Shown: positions 16,953 to 26,638 of the stretch, in pieces
Layout of the letters: the number at the start of each line of letters is the position of its first letter
How positions within the stretch are numbered: the stretch's first letter is position 1
Assembly (NCBI GenBank): GCA_964634365.1
Contig: CAZWJU010000002.1
Span: 167,150 to 231,149, forward strand
Source of the DNA: an uncultured Candidatus Saccharibacteria bacterium
GTDB taxonomy: Bacteria > Patescibacteriota > Minisyncoccia > Phycocordibacterales > UBA9973
Direction of reading: 5' to 3'
DNA: 64,000 bases
Program-made: the position numbers and the translations under genes
The notes under the pieces: generated by a model
Seen by the model: the letters and a program-made list of their open reading frames with translations, nothing else
Told to the model about the DNA's origin: nothing
The model's database searches: none

Positions 16953-17867
16953 TTATTTCTTTGAATGAAATTTTTTATGAACATCGCGAAGCTGCTTGTC
17001 GGTAACATGGGTATATATCTGAGTAGTAGCAATATTTGCATGCCCTAACATCATCTGTACAGAACGTATGTCTGCACCGTTTGAAAGCAGGTCAGTTGCA
17101 AAAGAGTGGCGTATTACATGCGGAGTAACTTTTTTAGAGATACCGGCTTTAATTGCATAGTGTTTTACGATTCTCTCGATTGATCTTTGTGTTAGCCGAC
17201 CACCGCTTTGGCCTTTGTTTCTTGCATGCTGAACAAACATTGGTTCGTCTGTGTCAGTACGCTTTTTCAAATAATCACGAATAGCAGATTTTGCGGAATC
17301 TGATAAAAAAACCACACGAACCTTTTCACCCTTTCCACGAATTGAAAACTCATCTTTAGATAAATCTAAATCTCGATTTAGAGAACACAACTCGGATAAA
17401 CGCAATCCTGTTGAGAAAAATAATTCTAATATAGCTCTATCTCGCAATGATTTTAAATCATCTTTGTCTGGAGCTTTCAGTAGGCGATTTAATTCTTCGA
17501 CAGTTATCAGGTCTAGATGTCTCTCTTTTATTTTAGCGAGCTCTATCGCATCTGGAGAGATTGCTTGTATACCTCGCTTCATTAGATATTTTAAAAACCT
17601 GCGAAGAGCGATTAGGTAGTAGTTTTGAGTGTTTTTCTTCATTGTGGCACTAGACTGTCCACGTACATGTATCCCTGGCTGCCTGTTTAAATACAATCTG
17701 TATTCACGAATTGAATCGTCGGTTATATCTTTTAGACTGTCAGATTTTATAAACTCAAAAAAACGAGACAGGTACCTATCATAATTTGAAACTGTATTGA
17801 GACTTGCTCCACGTTCAATTTCCATGTATTCCAAAAATTGACGTTTTAGATTTTGAACCTCTGACAT
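16953..17867 (-). CDS. xerC: Tyrosine site-specific recombinase XerC/XerD family
   Basis: C-terminal HVIRHSFATDLLSNGADIRSVQMMLGHANIATTQIYTHV contains the R..H..R..Y catalytic box II. Confidence 0.8.
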   Translation of the reverse strand: MSEVQNLKRQFLEYMEIERGASLNTVSNYDRYLSRFFEFIKSDSLKDITDDSIREYRLYLNRQPGIHVRGQSSATMKKNTQNYYLIALRRFLKYLMKRGIQAISPDAIELAKIKERHLDLITVEELNRLLKAPDKDDLKSLRDRAILELFFSTGLRLSELCSLNRDLDLSKDEFSIRGKGEKVRVVFLSDSAKSAIRDYLKKRTDTDEPMFVQHARNKGQSGGRLTQRSIERIVKHYAIKAGISKKVTPHVIRHSFATDLLSNGADIRSVQMMLGHANIATTQIYTHVTDKQLRDVHKKFHSKK

Positions 17868-18224
17868 ATGCCAAATTATAGCATTTTTGACTTTTGTAGA
17901 CTTTTCGTATTTAATGAAGAAAAGTTTTTTATGAAAAAGATATTTTATTTTATTTTTGATTGGCTATTTCTGATTGTTCGGTTTACTATACGTGCAATAA
18001 AGGGAGTACTCATATTGTCTTTGTTTATCTATCCAATATACCTACTTTTAGATTACTTTGGGTGGATTTCCGGTGTAAGCATATCTATTGTTGCGGTTTT
18101 GATATCCATTTTAGTGACCGCTCGGAAAAGGAACTCATGGAGAGATATAGGACTTGCCTTGATTTTTATAGGGCAAATAATCTTCATGGATGTAAGTGCC
18201 TACGAAGACACCGAAACAGCCTAA
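17868..18224 (+). CDS. Hypothetical membrane protein
   Basis: 118-aa hydrophobic ORF; terminator gcccccgacaacgtcgggggc at 18235-18258. Confidence 0.35.
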   Translation: MPNYSIFDFCRLFVFNEEKFFMKKIFYFIFDWLFLIVRFTIRAIKGVLILSLFIYPIYLLLDYFGWISGVSISIVAVLISILVTARKRNSWRDIGLALIFIGQIIFMDVSAYEDTETA

Positions 18225-18295
18225 AATAAGCCAAAAGCCCCCGACAACGTCGGGGGCTTGCAATTTGTAGATAAATATGCTACTATATATGCACA

Positions 18296-18556
18296 ATGCT
18301 TACAGTAAAGAAAAAACAAACAGTTATAAAGAAGAGCCAGGTTCATGATAAAGACACTGGTTCACCAGAAGTGCAGATAGCTATCCTATCGGCTTCTATT
18401 GACGAACTTACAACTCATCTTAAAAAACACAAAAAAGATGACCATTCAAGACGAGGACTTATAAAGATGGTTGGCGATCGAAGATCACACCTAAAATACC
18501 TCGAGAAGAAAGATAAGACACGTCACGCTGCAGCTGTTAAAAAAATCAAAGAATAA
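18296..18556 (+). CDS. rpsO: 30S ribosomal protein S15
   Basis: [48 protein letters not shown] matches universal S15 signature; terminator at 18560-18594. Confidence 0.9.
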   Translation: MLTVKKKQTVIKKSQVHDKDTGSPEVQIAILSASIDELTTHLKKHKKDDHSRRGLIKMVGDRRSHLKYLEKKDKTRHAAAVKKIKE

Positions 18557-18685
18557 AAAAATATCACTCGAGCAATCGAGTGATATTTTTTATAAACTCT
18601 CTTTTTTTATATATTTTGTTACACTTAGGGAGAGGTAGGCATTTTTATAATATTTATTAGTTAAAAATTTTTCAAAATAAACTAT

Positions 18686-19213
18686 ATGGCAGTTATTAAA
18701 CACCCAGAACAGCGCGTAGCGGTATTTATTGATACTCAAAACTTATATCACAGCGCCAAAAATCTATACAAAGCTAGGGTAAACTTTGGAGCAATCCTAA
18801 AAGACGCAGTGGCAGGTCGCAAACTAGTACGTGCAATAGCGTACGTTATAAACACAGAAGCAGGTGATGAAAAAAACTTTTTCGATGCACTTACTAAAAT
18901 GGGAATCGAAACTAAAACTAAAGACCTTCAAGTTTTTGTTGATGGAGCAAAAAAAGGTGACTGGGACGTAGGACTTGCTGTTGATGCGATCACTATGGCA
19001 ACAAAACTTGATGCGGTAATAATCGTATCAGGAGATGGAGACTATGTACCACTTGTAGAATATCTACAAATACACTCCGGTGTACAAGTAGAAGTAGTAT
19101 CTTTTGGTAAGTCTTCTTCTATGAAACTAAAAGAAGCTGTAGATGACTTTATGGATCTTTCAGAAAATCCTAGAAAATATCTTATCGGCGGTTTAGGAAA
19201 ACAGAGAAGATAG
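18686..19213 (+). CDS. NYN-domain (LabA/YacP-like) predicted ribonuclease
   Basis: VAVFIDTQNLY...IIVSGDGDYVPLVEYL typical of NYN/PIN-like domain. Confidence 0.6.
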   Translation: MAVIKHPEQRVAVFIDTQNLYHSAKNLYKARVNFGAILKDAVAGRKLVRAIAYVINTEAGDEKNFFDALTKMGIETKTKDLQVFVDGAKKGDWDVGLAVDAITMATKLDAVIIVSGDGDYVPLVEYLQIHSGVQVEVVSFGKSSSMKLKEAVDDFMDLSENPRKYLIGGLGKQRR

Positions 19214-19359
19214 GAACAAAAGCTCCAGAGATGGGGCTTTTGTTTTTTATAAAAGTTTTGCTAGTCTAAAGATATTACGAACTAATAATAGGTCTCTAAA
19301 CATGTAGTAATGGAAGCTGGGCGTGCTTACATACTAAAGTTTAGAGATTCTAAACAAAT

Positions 19360-21519
19360 ATGTACAAAAAAGAATATATATTGGAGATTGCAGGGAGAAA
19401 AATTACAGCAATATTTTCAGACCTAGCAGATCAAGCACATGGATCAGTAATGCTAAAGTGCGAAGATACTGTAGTTTTAGCAACTGCAGTTATGAGTAAA
19501 GATGGAAAAAATAATCCAGGATTTTTTAACCTAACGGTTGAATACTTAGAGAAATTTTATGCATCTGGTCAAATACTAGGAAGTCAATTTACTCGCCGCG
19601 AAGGAAAGCCGTCCGACAAGGCAATACTTGCATCACGTGTTATAGATCGTACAATCCGTCCACTTTTCTCTCATCATATTAAAAACGCAGTTCAAGTAAT
19701 CGTGACTGTTATTGCAGTTGGAAAAGCAGACCCGACAATACTTGGAGTAAACGCGGCTTCTCTTGCCATAGCAACATCAGATATTCCATGGCGTGGACCT
19801 GTTGGATGTGTACATATCGGAAAACCAAAGGGTGAGAGTGCTGTTGATGTCGATTTGTATATAGCACCAGACGGAGAATCTAAATACGATCTAGACCTGA
19901 CTGTGTGCGGTCGTGATGGACACATCACAATGATCGAAGCTATGGCAAGCGAGATAGTCGAAGGGGAACTGGGCGATGCTTTTGATTTAGCTATGAAACA
20001 CATAACAGAGATAGAAAATTTTCAGAAAAAAATTGTATCTGAAATCGGCAAGGAAAAGAAAGTATTCGAAGAGCCTGTTGTTCCACAAGAAATAAAAGAT
20101 TTGTTTCACACTGAAATAGGACCAAAGATGGAGGGTAGTCTTTTCAATAAAGATAGCAAGAAAACAATTCACGAACTTGAAGATGCTTGGATAAAAATAC
20201 TTGATGACAAGTACGGCACAAGTGATGAAAACAAAGAAACTGTATCAATAGCAAAAGATTATTTTTCTGACAAAGTTGACCAGGAGTTACATAGAGGAGC
20301 TATAGAGGACAACAAGCGCGCTGATGGAAGAGCGATGGGTGAAGTTAGACCCCTATTTTGTGAAGCAGGTGGCGTGTCTAGTGTGTTACACGGAACAGGA
20401 ATATTTTATAGAGGAGAAACTCATGTTCTTTCTGTTCTAACACTCGGAGGACCAGAAGATACTTTTGTTCAAGATGGAATGGAAGTAAAAGGGGAGAAGC
20501 GCTTCATGCATCACTACAATTTTCCTCCATACTCAGCTGGTGAAACAGGAAGACTTGGTGGAATAAACCGCCGTGAAATGGGACATGGATTTTTAGCAGA
20601 AAAAGCACTTACGCCAGTTATTCCAAATAAAATGGATTTTCCATATACAATACGCGTTGTTTCTGAATCTATGGCTTCAAACGGATCAACCTCACAGGCT
20701 TCGATTTGTGCATCTTCAATAGCACTTATGGACGGAGGCGTGCCAATATCTTCACCAGTTGCTGGTATAGCAATGGGATTAATGTTATCTGAAAAAGATA
20801 AAACAAAATACAAAATTTTAACTGACATACAAGGACCGGAAGATCATTATGGAGATATGGATTTCAAGGTAGCAGGAACTAAAAACGGTATTACAGCTAT
20901 TCAGCTTGATATAAAACTAGATGGAGTGCCCGTGCAAATACTAAAAGAAGCTGTTAAAGAATCTAGAGTTGCACATCAAACAATATTGGCAGAAATAAAT
21001 AAGACGATTGAAAAACCAAGAGGAGATATTTCACCAAATGCACCAAAAATATTAGTAATAAAAATAAACCCTGATCAAATAGGTATGGTGATTGGATCTG
21101 GAGGAAAAACAGTAAACAAAATTCGAGAAGAAACAGGAGCTGAGATCACAATAGAAGATGATGGAACTGTATTTTTAACTGGTAAAAATGGTGGCGCAGA
21201 AAAAGCTCGAGATATTATTGAATCAATGACTCATGAATATGTTGTCGGTGAAATGTTTACTGCAAAAATTGTTAAGATAATCGAAGTTGGAGCAATAGCA
21301 GAATTCAACAATGGTGGAGCAGAGGGTTTGATACATATATCCGAAATTGCACCTTTCCGAGTAAGTAAGGTTACTGATGTTTTGAAAGAAGGTATGGAGG
21401 TTCCAATAAAAATCGTCGGCGTAGACAAAGAGCGTGGACGCATCAGTCTATCAATCAAAGAAGCTGATAGAAACTTTATAAATAATCCATATCCACCTGT
21501 AGAACCTCAAAAACAATAA
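19360..21519 (+). CDS. pnp: Polynucleotide phosphorylase (two RNase PH domains, KH, S1)
   Basis: 719 aa; FTRREGKPSDKAILASRVIDRTIRPLF, second PH domain, KH (GSGGKTVNKIREETGAEI) and S1 (GEMFTAKIVKIIEVGAIAEF) all recognisable; terminator at 21528-21558. Confidence 0.95.
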   Translation: MYKKEYILEIAGRKITAIFSDLADQAHGSVMLKCEDTVVLATAVMSKDGKNNPGFFNLTVEYLEKFYASGQILGSQFTRREGKPSDKAILASRVIDRTIRPLFSHHIKNAVQVIVTVIAVGKADPTILGVNAASLAIATSDIPWRGPVGCVHIGKPKGESAVDVDLYIAPDGESKYDLDLTVCGRDGHITMIEAMASEIVEGELGDAFDLAMKHITEIENFQKKIVSEIGKEKKVFEEPVVPQEIKDLFHTEIGPKMEGSLFNKDSKKTIHELEDAWIKILDDKYGTSDENKETVSIAKDYFSDKVDQELHRGAIEDNKRADGRAMGEVRPLFCEAGGVSSVLHGTGIFYRGETHVLSVLTLGGPEDTFVQDGMEVKGEKRFMHHYNFPPYSAGETGRLGGINRREMGHGFLAEKALTPVIPNKMDFPYTIRVVSESMASNGSTSQASICASSIALMDGGVPISSPVAGIAMGLMLSEKDKTKYKILTDIQGPEDHYGDMDFKVAGTKNGITAIQLDIKLDGVPVQILKEAVKESRVAHQTILAEINKTIEKPRGDISPNAPKILVIKINPDQIGMVIGSGGKTVNKIREETGAEITIEDDGTVFLTGKNGGAEKARDIIESMTHEYVVGEMFTAKIVKIIEVGAIAEFNNGGAEGLIHISEIAPFRVSKVTDVLKEGMEVPIKIVGVDKERGRISLSIKEADRNFINNPYPPVEPQKQ

Positions 21520-21591
21520 ACGTTCAATTTAAAAAATCAGACCCTTGGTCTGATTTTTTAAATTGAATAAAATAAGATAAAATTAAACATA

Positions 21592-22503
21592 ATGGAACCA
21601 AATCCAATAAACATAAAAAATGATTCAAATACCGAACCTGTAAAAACAAGTCCTTATTCGGATCTAAAAACAATCAGAACTTACGCAAGCGATATGGCAA
21701 AAGCCTTAAGCGACCAACAAGGATCTGTTATAAAAATCGCCATGGCTGAACATAAAAAGAAAGAGTCTGATTTTGAAAATATTTCTCCTGCTTCTAAGAA
21801 GAATATAAAACTAATTGTGGGGAGCGTGATTATGATACTTATTGGGGCTGGTGTTATATCTTATGTATTTTTGAATAAAAAAAATGATGTTGTGGTTGTA
21901 GACAAAAAACCAGTTATTTTGTCTCTTATAGTTTCTGAATTAACAGAAGAGATAAAAGTTGAGGATATTTTAACACCAAAACAGTTTTCTGACTCTGTTC
22001 TTGTATTGAAAGAAAGAGAGAATGGAGACGGGGTTCTTAATATAATTTTTACAACACCAACAGAAACAGGCAGTAGATTTATAACAGTAGAAGAACTTTT
22101 AGAAAAGATTGATGCTGATGTCAGTGGATATTTTGTTAGATCTCTAACAAACAATTATATGTTTGGATTAAATACAAAAGATAATGTAAGTGAGTTTTTT
22201 ATGGTTTTAAAAACAACTTCTCGAGAAACATCTTTAGCTGGTATGCTTGAGTGGGAAAACAAGATGTTTGATAATTTTTATGGAATACTGGGTATAACCC
22301 CAAACACAGAAAATAATTATCTTTTTTCTGAAAAATTTAGTGATATTGTGATTGAAAATCGAGACGCTAGGGTGCTATACGACAAAGAGGGTAAGCCGGT
22401 GATTGTGTATATTTTTATAGATGCTGGAACAATACTAATAACAGAGTCCTTTGAAACCATAAATGAGGTAATAGACAGATTAAATGCTAGTATTGATAGG
22501 TAG
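21592..22503 (+). CDS. Hypothetical membrane-anchored protein
   Basis: 303 aa, one TM (LIVGSVIMILIGAGVISYVFL). Confidence 0.4.
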   Translation: MEPNPINIKNDSNTEPVKTSPYSDLKTIRTYASDMAKALSDQQGSVIKIAMAEHKKKESDFENISPASKKNIKLIVGSVIMILIGAGVISYVFLNKKNDVVVVDKKPVILSLIVSELTEEIKVEDILTPKQFSDSVLVLKERENGDGVLNIIFTTPTETGSRFITVEELLEKIDADVSGYFVRSLTNNYMFGLNTKDNVSEFFMVLKTTSRETSLAGMLEWENKMFDNFYGILGITPNTENNYLFSEKFSDIVIENRDARVLYDKEGKPVIVYIFIDAGTILITESFETINEVIDRLNASIDR

Positions 22504-22546
22504 GTTGATTTGCTATTAAATTTAAGCATGTTATTATACGCTCACC

Positions 22547-22903
22547 ATGAAAATAGATATGAAAAACTTTGAGGAAAAATTAAAAGCAGAAAAAACAACT
22601 CTTTTGGAAGAGCTTAAGGGTTTGGGTGCTATAAGAAACCCAGAAACAAATGACTGGGATGCTATCCCAGAAGAATCTGTGCCTGAAGCAGATGAAAATG
22701 ACCGCGCAGATAGAGCAGAGGACTACGAAGAAAGAACAGCTCTAGTAAATGCACTCGAAAGTAGACTAAATGATGTTGAGGGTGCTCTAGAAAAAATAGG
22801 TAAAAATAGTTTTGGTAAATGTGAGGTTTGTGGAGAAGATATAGAAGAAGAAAGACTTGAAGCAAACGCAGCTGCTCCAACATGCATAAAACATATGAAC
22901 TAA
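22547..22903 (+). CDS. dksA: DksA/TraR-family C4 zinc-finger protein
   Basis: C-terminal CEVCGEDIEEERLEANAAAPTCIKH is the TraR/DksA C4 finger; acidic coiled-coil N-terminus; terminator aaccgccacagaaggcggtt at 22908-22938. Confidence 0.65.
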   Translation: MKIDMKNFEEKLKAEKTTLLEELKGLGAIRNPETNDWDAIPEESVPEADENDRADRAEDYEERTALVNALESRLNDVEGALEKIGKNSFGKCEVCGEDIEEERLEANAAAPTCIKHMN

Positions 22904-22973
22904 TAAAACAAAAAACCGCCACAGAAGGCGGTTTTTTGTTTACTTTTTCAAAAAAGAAAACTAAAATTAGTAG

Positions 22974-24503
22974 ATGTCCTTTGCGCGTGTATACACAGCA
23001 CAAATAAATTTGCTCAGTGGTCAACTAGTAAATGTAGAAGTTGATATATCAACTGGCCTTTATGCTTTTTCAATTGTTGGATTACCAGACAAAGCAGTAG
23101 AAGAAGCGCGTGATCGTGTAAGCTCGGCTATAAAAAATTCTGGCTTTACATCTCCTAAAAGTAAAAATCAAAAAATTGTAGTTTCTCTTTCTCCTGCAGA
23201 CACCAAAAAGGAAGGTTCTTTTTTTGATATTGCGATAGCTCTCGGCTATCTTTTGGCAAACGAGGAAATATCTTTCGATGTAGGTAAGAAAATATTCCTC
23301 GGAGAACTTTCTTTAAATGGAGATGTTTTACCTATTAGAGGGGCTCTACCACTTGCTATGCTCGCAAAATCCGAAGGTTTTAGTGAGTTGTATTTACCAA
23401 AAGAAAATGCAAAAGAAGCAGCCTTAATTGAGGGTGTTGATATATATGGAGTATCCACCTTGAAAGAGCTTGTTACACATCTTACAGATAAAAACATATC
23501 TATAATAAAAGAACCGAAAACTCTTATTGAAGATATGGGAGACGAAACTTTTGTTGACCTTGCTGACATAAAAGGTCAGGAGAGTGCAAAGAGAGGCTTG
23601 GAAATTGCAGCTAGTGGTGGACACAACATAGCAATGTATGGACCACCAGGAACTGGTAAAACAATGCTTGCTAGAGCTTTTAGATCACTACTACCTAGTC
23701 TTTCGGTGGCTGAAGCATTAGAAATAACTAGTATATATTCTATTGCAGGAAATTTAAAAACACCTGTAATAACAAAAGTGCCTTTTCGTTCACCACACCA
23801 TACATCTTCTTATGTATCAGTTATTGGAGGTGGTGCGTTTCCTAAACCAGGAGAGGTTACACTTGCTCACAGAGGAATTCTTTTCTTGGACGAATTCCCT
23901 GAGTTCGATAAAAGGGTTATAGAATCCCTGAGACAGCCTTTGGAAGATAATTTTGTTTCTATATCTAGAGCAAAAGGAACAGCTCTTTTTCCTTCAAATT
24001 TTATACTTATTGCTGCTATGAATCCTTGTCCGTGTGGTTTTAGAGGCTCAAAAAATAAAGCTTGTGTATGCACAGCAGGTGATATATCTAGGTATCAAAG
24101 AAAATTATCTGGCCCAATAATGGATCGTGTTGATATTTGGGTTGAAGTAGGGAATATTGAATATGAAAAACTTAATGAAAAAAACACCACTTCAGAAAAT
24201 ACAAAATCAGTTTTAAACAGAATAAAAAAAGCTAGAGAAAAACAAGTTTCTAGATTTGAAAATACTCAAGGTAAGATTCTTAGAAATTCTGATATGCCAG
24301 CAAAAGATATACCAAAATATATAGAATTATCAAAAGAAACAGAAGATGTATTAAACCAAGCTGCAGCAAAATTAAATTTATCAGCCCGCGCATATCACAG
24401 AGTATTGAAACTTGCTCGAACGATAGCAGACTTGAGTGATAGTGAAAAAATAGAAACAAAACATATCCTAGAGGCGATACAATATAGGCCCAGAATAACA
24501 TAA
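22974..24503 (+). CDS. yifB: YifB/ComM family Mg-chelatase-like AAA+ ATPase
   Basis: Lon-like N-domain, Walker A GPPGTGKTMLA, ILFLDEFPEF Walker B, C-terminal Mg_chelatase_C. Confidence 0.85.
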   Translation: MSFARVYTAQINLLSGQLVNVEVDISTGLYAFSIVGLPDKAVEEARDRVSSAIKNSGFTSPKSKNQKIVVSLSPADTKKEGSFFDIAIALGYLLANEEISFDVGKKIFLGELSLNGDVLPIRGALPLAMLAKSEGFSELYLPKENAKEAALIEGVDIYGVSTLKELVTHLTDKNISIIKEPKTLIEDMGDETFVDLADIKGQESAKRGLEIAASGGHNIAMYGPPGTGKTMLARAFRSLLPSLSVAEALEITSIYSIAGNLKTPVITKVPFRSPHHTSSYVSVIGGGAFPKPGEVTLAHRGILFLDEFPEFDKRVIESLRQPLEDNFVSISRAKGTALFPSNFILIAAMNPCPCGFRGSKNKACVCTAGDISRYQRKLSGPIMDRVDIWVEVGNIEYEKLNEKNTTSENTKSVLNRIKKAREKQVSRFENTQGKILRNSDMPAKDIPKYIELSKETEDVLNQAAAKLNLSARAYHRVLKLARTIADLSDSEKIETKHILEAIQYRPRIT

Positions 24504-24538
24504 AACACCCCCAATTCAGGAGGTGTTTTAGTTATATG

Positions 24539-25009
24539 CTATATGTTTCCAATGTATTTTATTACCACTCTTCTATCTTGACCAAAACCGGTTGATTCTG
24601 TTTTTATATCTGTTTTGTTTTCTAAAAAAGTATGGATGATACGTCTATCAAAAGAGCTCATTGGGTCTATTTCTACGTTTGATTTAAAGTATCTAGCTCT
24701 TTCAGCCATCATATGAGCTATTGTTTTTAAATTTTCTATCCTATTTTTTTGATAATCATTTACATCTATTAAAACATTTAGGAGTGTTTGATTTTCTGGG
24801 TTTTTGGATTCTATTATTTTTCTAAAAATATAATTTAAAGCTTTTAGTGTTTCACCATCTTTTCCTATTAAAAGGTGTGATTCTTTTGATTTTATTTTAA
24901 ACCAATATGAACCAGACTGATCATCGAGATGAAAATCTATTTCATCTACAGAAATATTGGTTAATTTTACGATTTCTTCTACTATTAATTTTAAATCATC
25001 TGGTTTCAT
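24539..25009 (-). CDS. khpB: Jag/KhpB (KH + R3H RNA-binding protein)
   Basis: C-terminal R3H SFDRRIIHTFLEN...; conserved position downstream of yidC. Confidence 0.7.
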   Translation of the reverse strand: MKPDDLKLIVEEIVKLTNISVDEIDFHLDDQSGSYWFKIKSKESHLLIGKDGETLKALNYIFRKIIESKNPENQTLLNVLIDVNDYQKNRIENLKTIAHMMAERARYFKSNVEIDPMSSFDRRIIHTFLENKTDIKTESTGFGQDRRVVIKYIGNI

Positions 25010-25012
25010 GTT

Positions 25013-25744
25013 TTATAACTTTAGAAAACTTTCTTTTTTTATTAATCCAGCTTTTGATCTAATTATAAGCTCTTGAATTATTGTAATTATGTTACTAGTA
25101 ACCCAGTAAAGAGCTATCGCTGCAGATACGCTATATGCTACAAAGGCCACAAAAAATGGTAGGATGTATTTCATTTGAAATTGCATACTTTTTGCTAGCT
25201 GACCTTTGAAAGATAAGTCATTTGGATCTGCCGGTTTTATCATAGATGTGCTTATTTTCATTTGTATAAATTGTGTAAGACCAGCTAAAATCGCAAAAAT
25301 AATACTCTTTTCTTCTAGATTTATACCTAAAAACATTGTTGATAGATTTTCTGGTATGTGAACAAAAGAATAAAGTATTCCTGTGTTAGATTCTATTCCT
25401 CTTAAAAAAACTTGGTAAAGAGCTATGATTATTGGTAGTTGTATTAATATAACTAAACAACTAGAAAAAGGGTTTACATTATTTTTTTTATATAATTCTA
25501 GTGTTTTTTTAGATTGTTCTGTTTTATCTGGATAATCTTTCTTTATTTTTTCTATATCATCATTTAGTGCGTATATTTTTGCCTGACTTAATATAGATTT
25601 TTTTGTAAGAGGGAACATTAGTATTTTTACTATTAATGTGAGGGTTATAACAGCAAGTCCAATACCCCCAAAAGTACCTGTAAAAAATACGAGCGCATTA
25701 TATAGTGGCTCATAAAAAATAGTTGTCCAAATATTTGATAGCAT
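25013..25744 (-). CDS. yidC: Membrane protein insertase YidC (short form)
   Basis: 243 aa, 5 TM, conserved LNDD..K.......LYKKNNVNP and PFFVAFVAY motifs; synteny with yidD/rnpA/rpmH. Confidence 0.8.
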   Translation of the reverse strand: MLSNIWTTIFYEPLYNALVFFTGTFGGIGLAVITLTLIVKILMFPLTKKSILSQAKIYALNDDIEKIKKDYPDKTEQSKKTLELYKKNNVNPFSSCLVILIQLPIIIALYQVFLRGIESNTGILYSFVHIPENLSTMFLGINLEEKSIIFAILAGLTQFIQMKISTSMIKPADPNDLSFKGQLAKSMQFQMKYILPFFVAFVAYSVSAAIALYWVTSNIITIIQELIIRSKAGLIKKESFLKL

Positions 25745-25783
25745 TAATCAATTGTATCTATAAACCCTGAAATTGCAATCTAT

Positions 25784-26044
25784 TTAAGGAACCGGATCGA
25801 AGTGGTTTTTTTGCCAAGGATGGCAGCGTAGTATGCGTTTTATGCCCAAAAAAGAACCTTTTATAAATCCATACTTGATAATGGCAATTCTTGTATATTC
25901 AGAGCAAGTAGGGGTAAAAACACAAACAGGCCTGTTAATTAAGCCTATTTTATGGGGTATCCCTGTGTCTGGAGATATGTATTTTTGATAAAAATCAATA
26001 ATTATATTGATGATTTTATCTTTATTTTGCTTTTTTAAGCCCAT
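25784..26044 (-). CDS. yidD: Membrane protein insertion efficiency factor YidD
   Basis: C.F.PTCS.Y......kyG motif ([19 protein letters not shown]). Confidence 0.8.
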   Translation of the reverse strand: MGLKKQNKDKIINIIIDFYQKYISPDTGIPHKIGLINRPVCVFTPTCSEYTRIAIIKYGFIKGSFLGIKRILRCHPWQKNHFDPVP

Positions 26045-26351
26045 TTATAAGGGTTTTTTCAATATCATCTAGTAAAATTTGGTGTTTTTCTGGTATTCCA
26101 CTTTTTATAAACACAACTATCTCTTTGTTTAAAAAGTCTTTATTTTTAGGCCTTAAATGGTGATATATAACTCTTTTTATCTTATTTCGGTCAACAGCCC
26201 TTGAAGCAACCTTTTTGGATACAACAATAGCTATTTTAGGCTTTAAATTAAGGCTATTTTTAATAGTTATCCTGTTATAAAGACCAAAAAAACCTGATTT
26301 TTCCTTGAAAATAGGGGATTTTTTAGAGATCTTTTGAGATTTAGGAAACAT
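26022..26351 (-). CDS. rnpA: RNase P protein component
   Basis: 109 aa basic protein, RNR-like motif ([17 protein letters not shown]); conserved rpmH-rnpA linkage. Confidence 0.75.
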   Translation of the reverse strand: MFPKSQKISKKSPIFKEKSGFFGLYNRITIKNSLNLKPKIAIVVSKKVASRAVDRNKIKRVIYHHLRPKNKDFLNKEIVVFIKSGIPEKHQILLDDIEKTLINGLKKAK

Positions 26352-26356
26352 TACTG

Positions 26357-26491
26357 TTATACAGTTAGTTTTGCTCTGCCTTTTTGACGTCTTCGGGTAA
26401 GGACTTTTTTGCCGTTTTTTGACTTTATTCTATTTCGAAAACCGTGAGTTTTGGCTCTCTTTTTCTTCTTTGGTTGGTATGTTTGTGACAT
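26357..26491 (-). CDS. rpmH: 50S ribosomal protein L34 (44 aa: [44 protein letters not shown])
   Basis: Hand-translated from minus strand; not in ORF track (<60 aa); near-identical to universal L34 consensus. Confidence 0.85.
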   Translation of the reverse strand: MSQTYQPKKKKRAKTHGFRNRIKSKNGKKVLTRRRQKGRAKLTV

Positions 26492-26638
26492 GCCTTGCAT
26501 CATACATTAAAAGGCTGTTTTGGGCAAGATTTTGTATTGTTTTTTTATAAAATATTATTAACAGTTTATACACAATTGTATTTTTATTTTAGGTCTTTTT
26601 ATTATCAATCTGTAGACTATAATGAGTTAACTAAACTT

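Noticed and set aside
19692-21458. Several 60-105-aa ORFs antisense within pnp
   Set aside because: Shadow ORFs inside a highly conserved gene.
26495-26638. N-terminal 48-codon extension of dnaA ORF
   Set aside because: It is AT-rich leader containing a DnaA-box-like site. The conserved DnaA N-terminus begins at MMENKQLWE, so the start moves to 26639.
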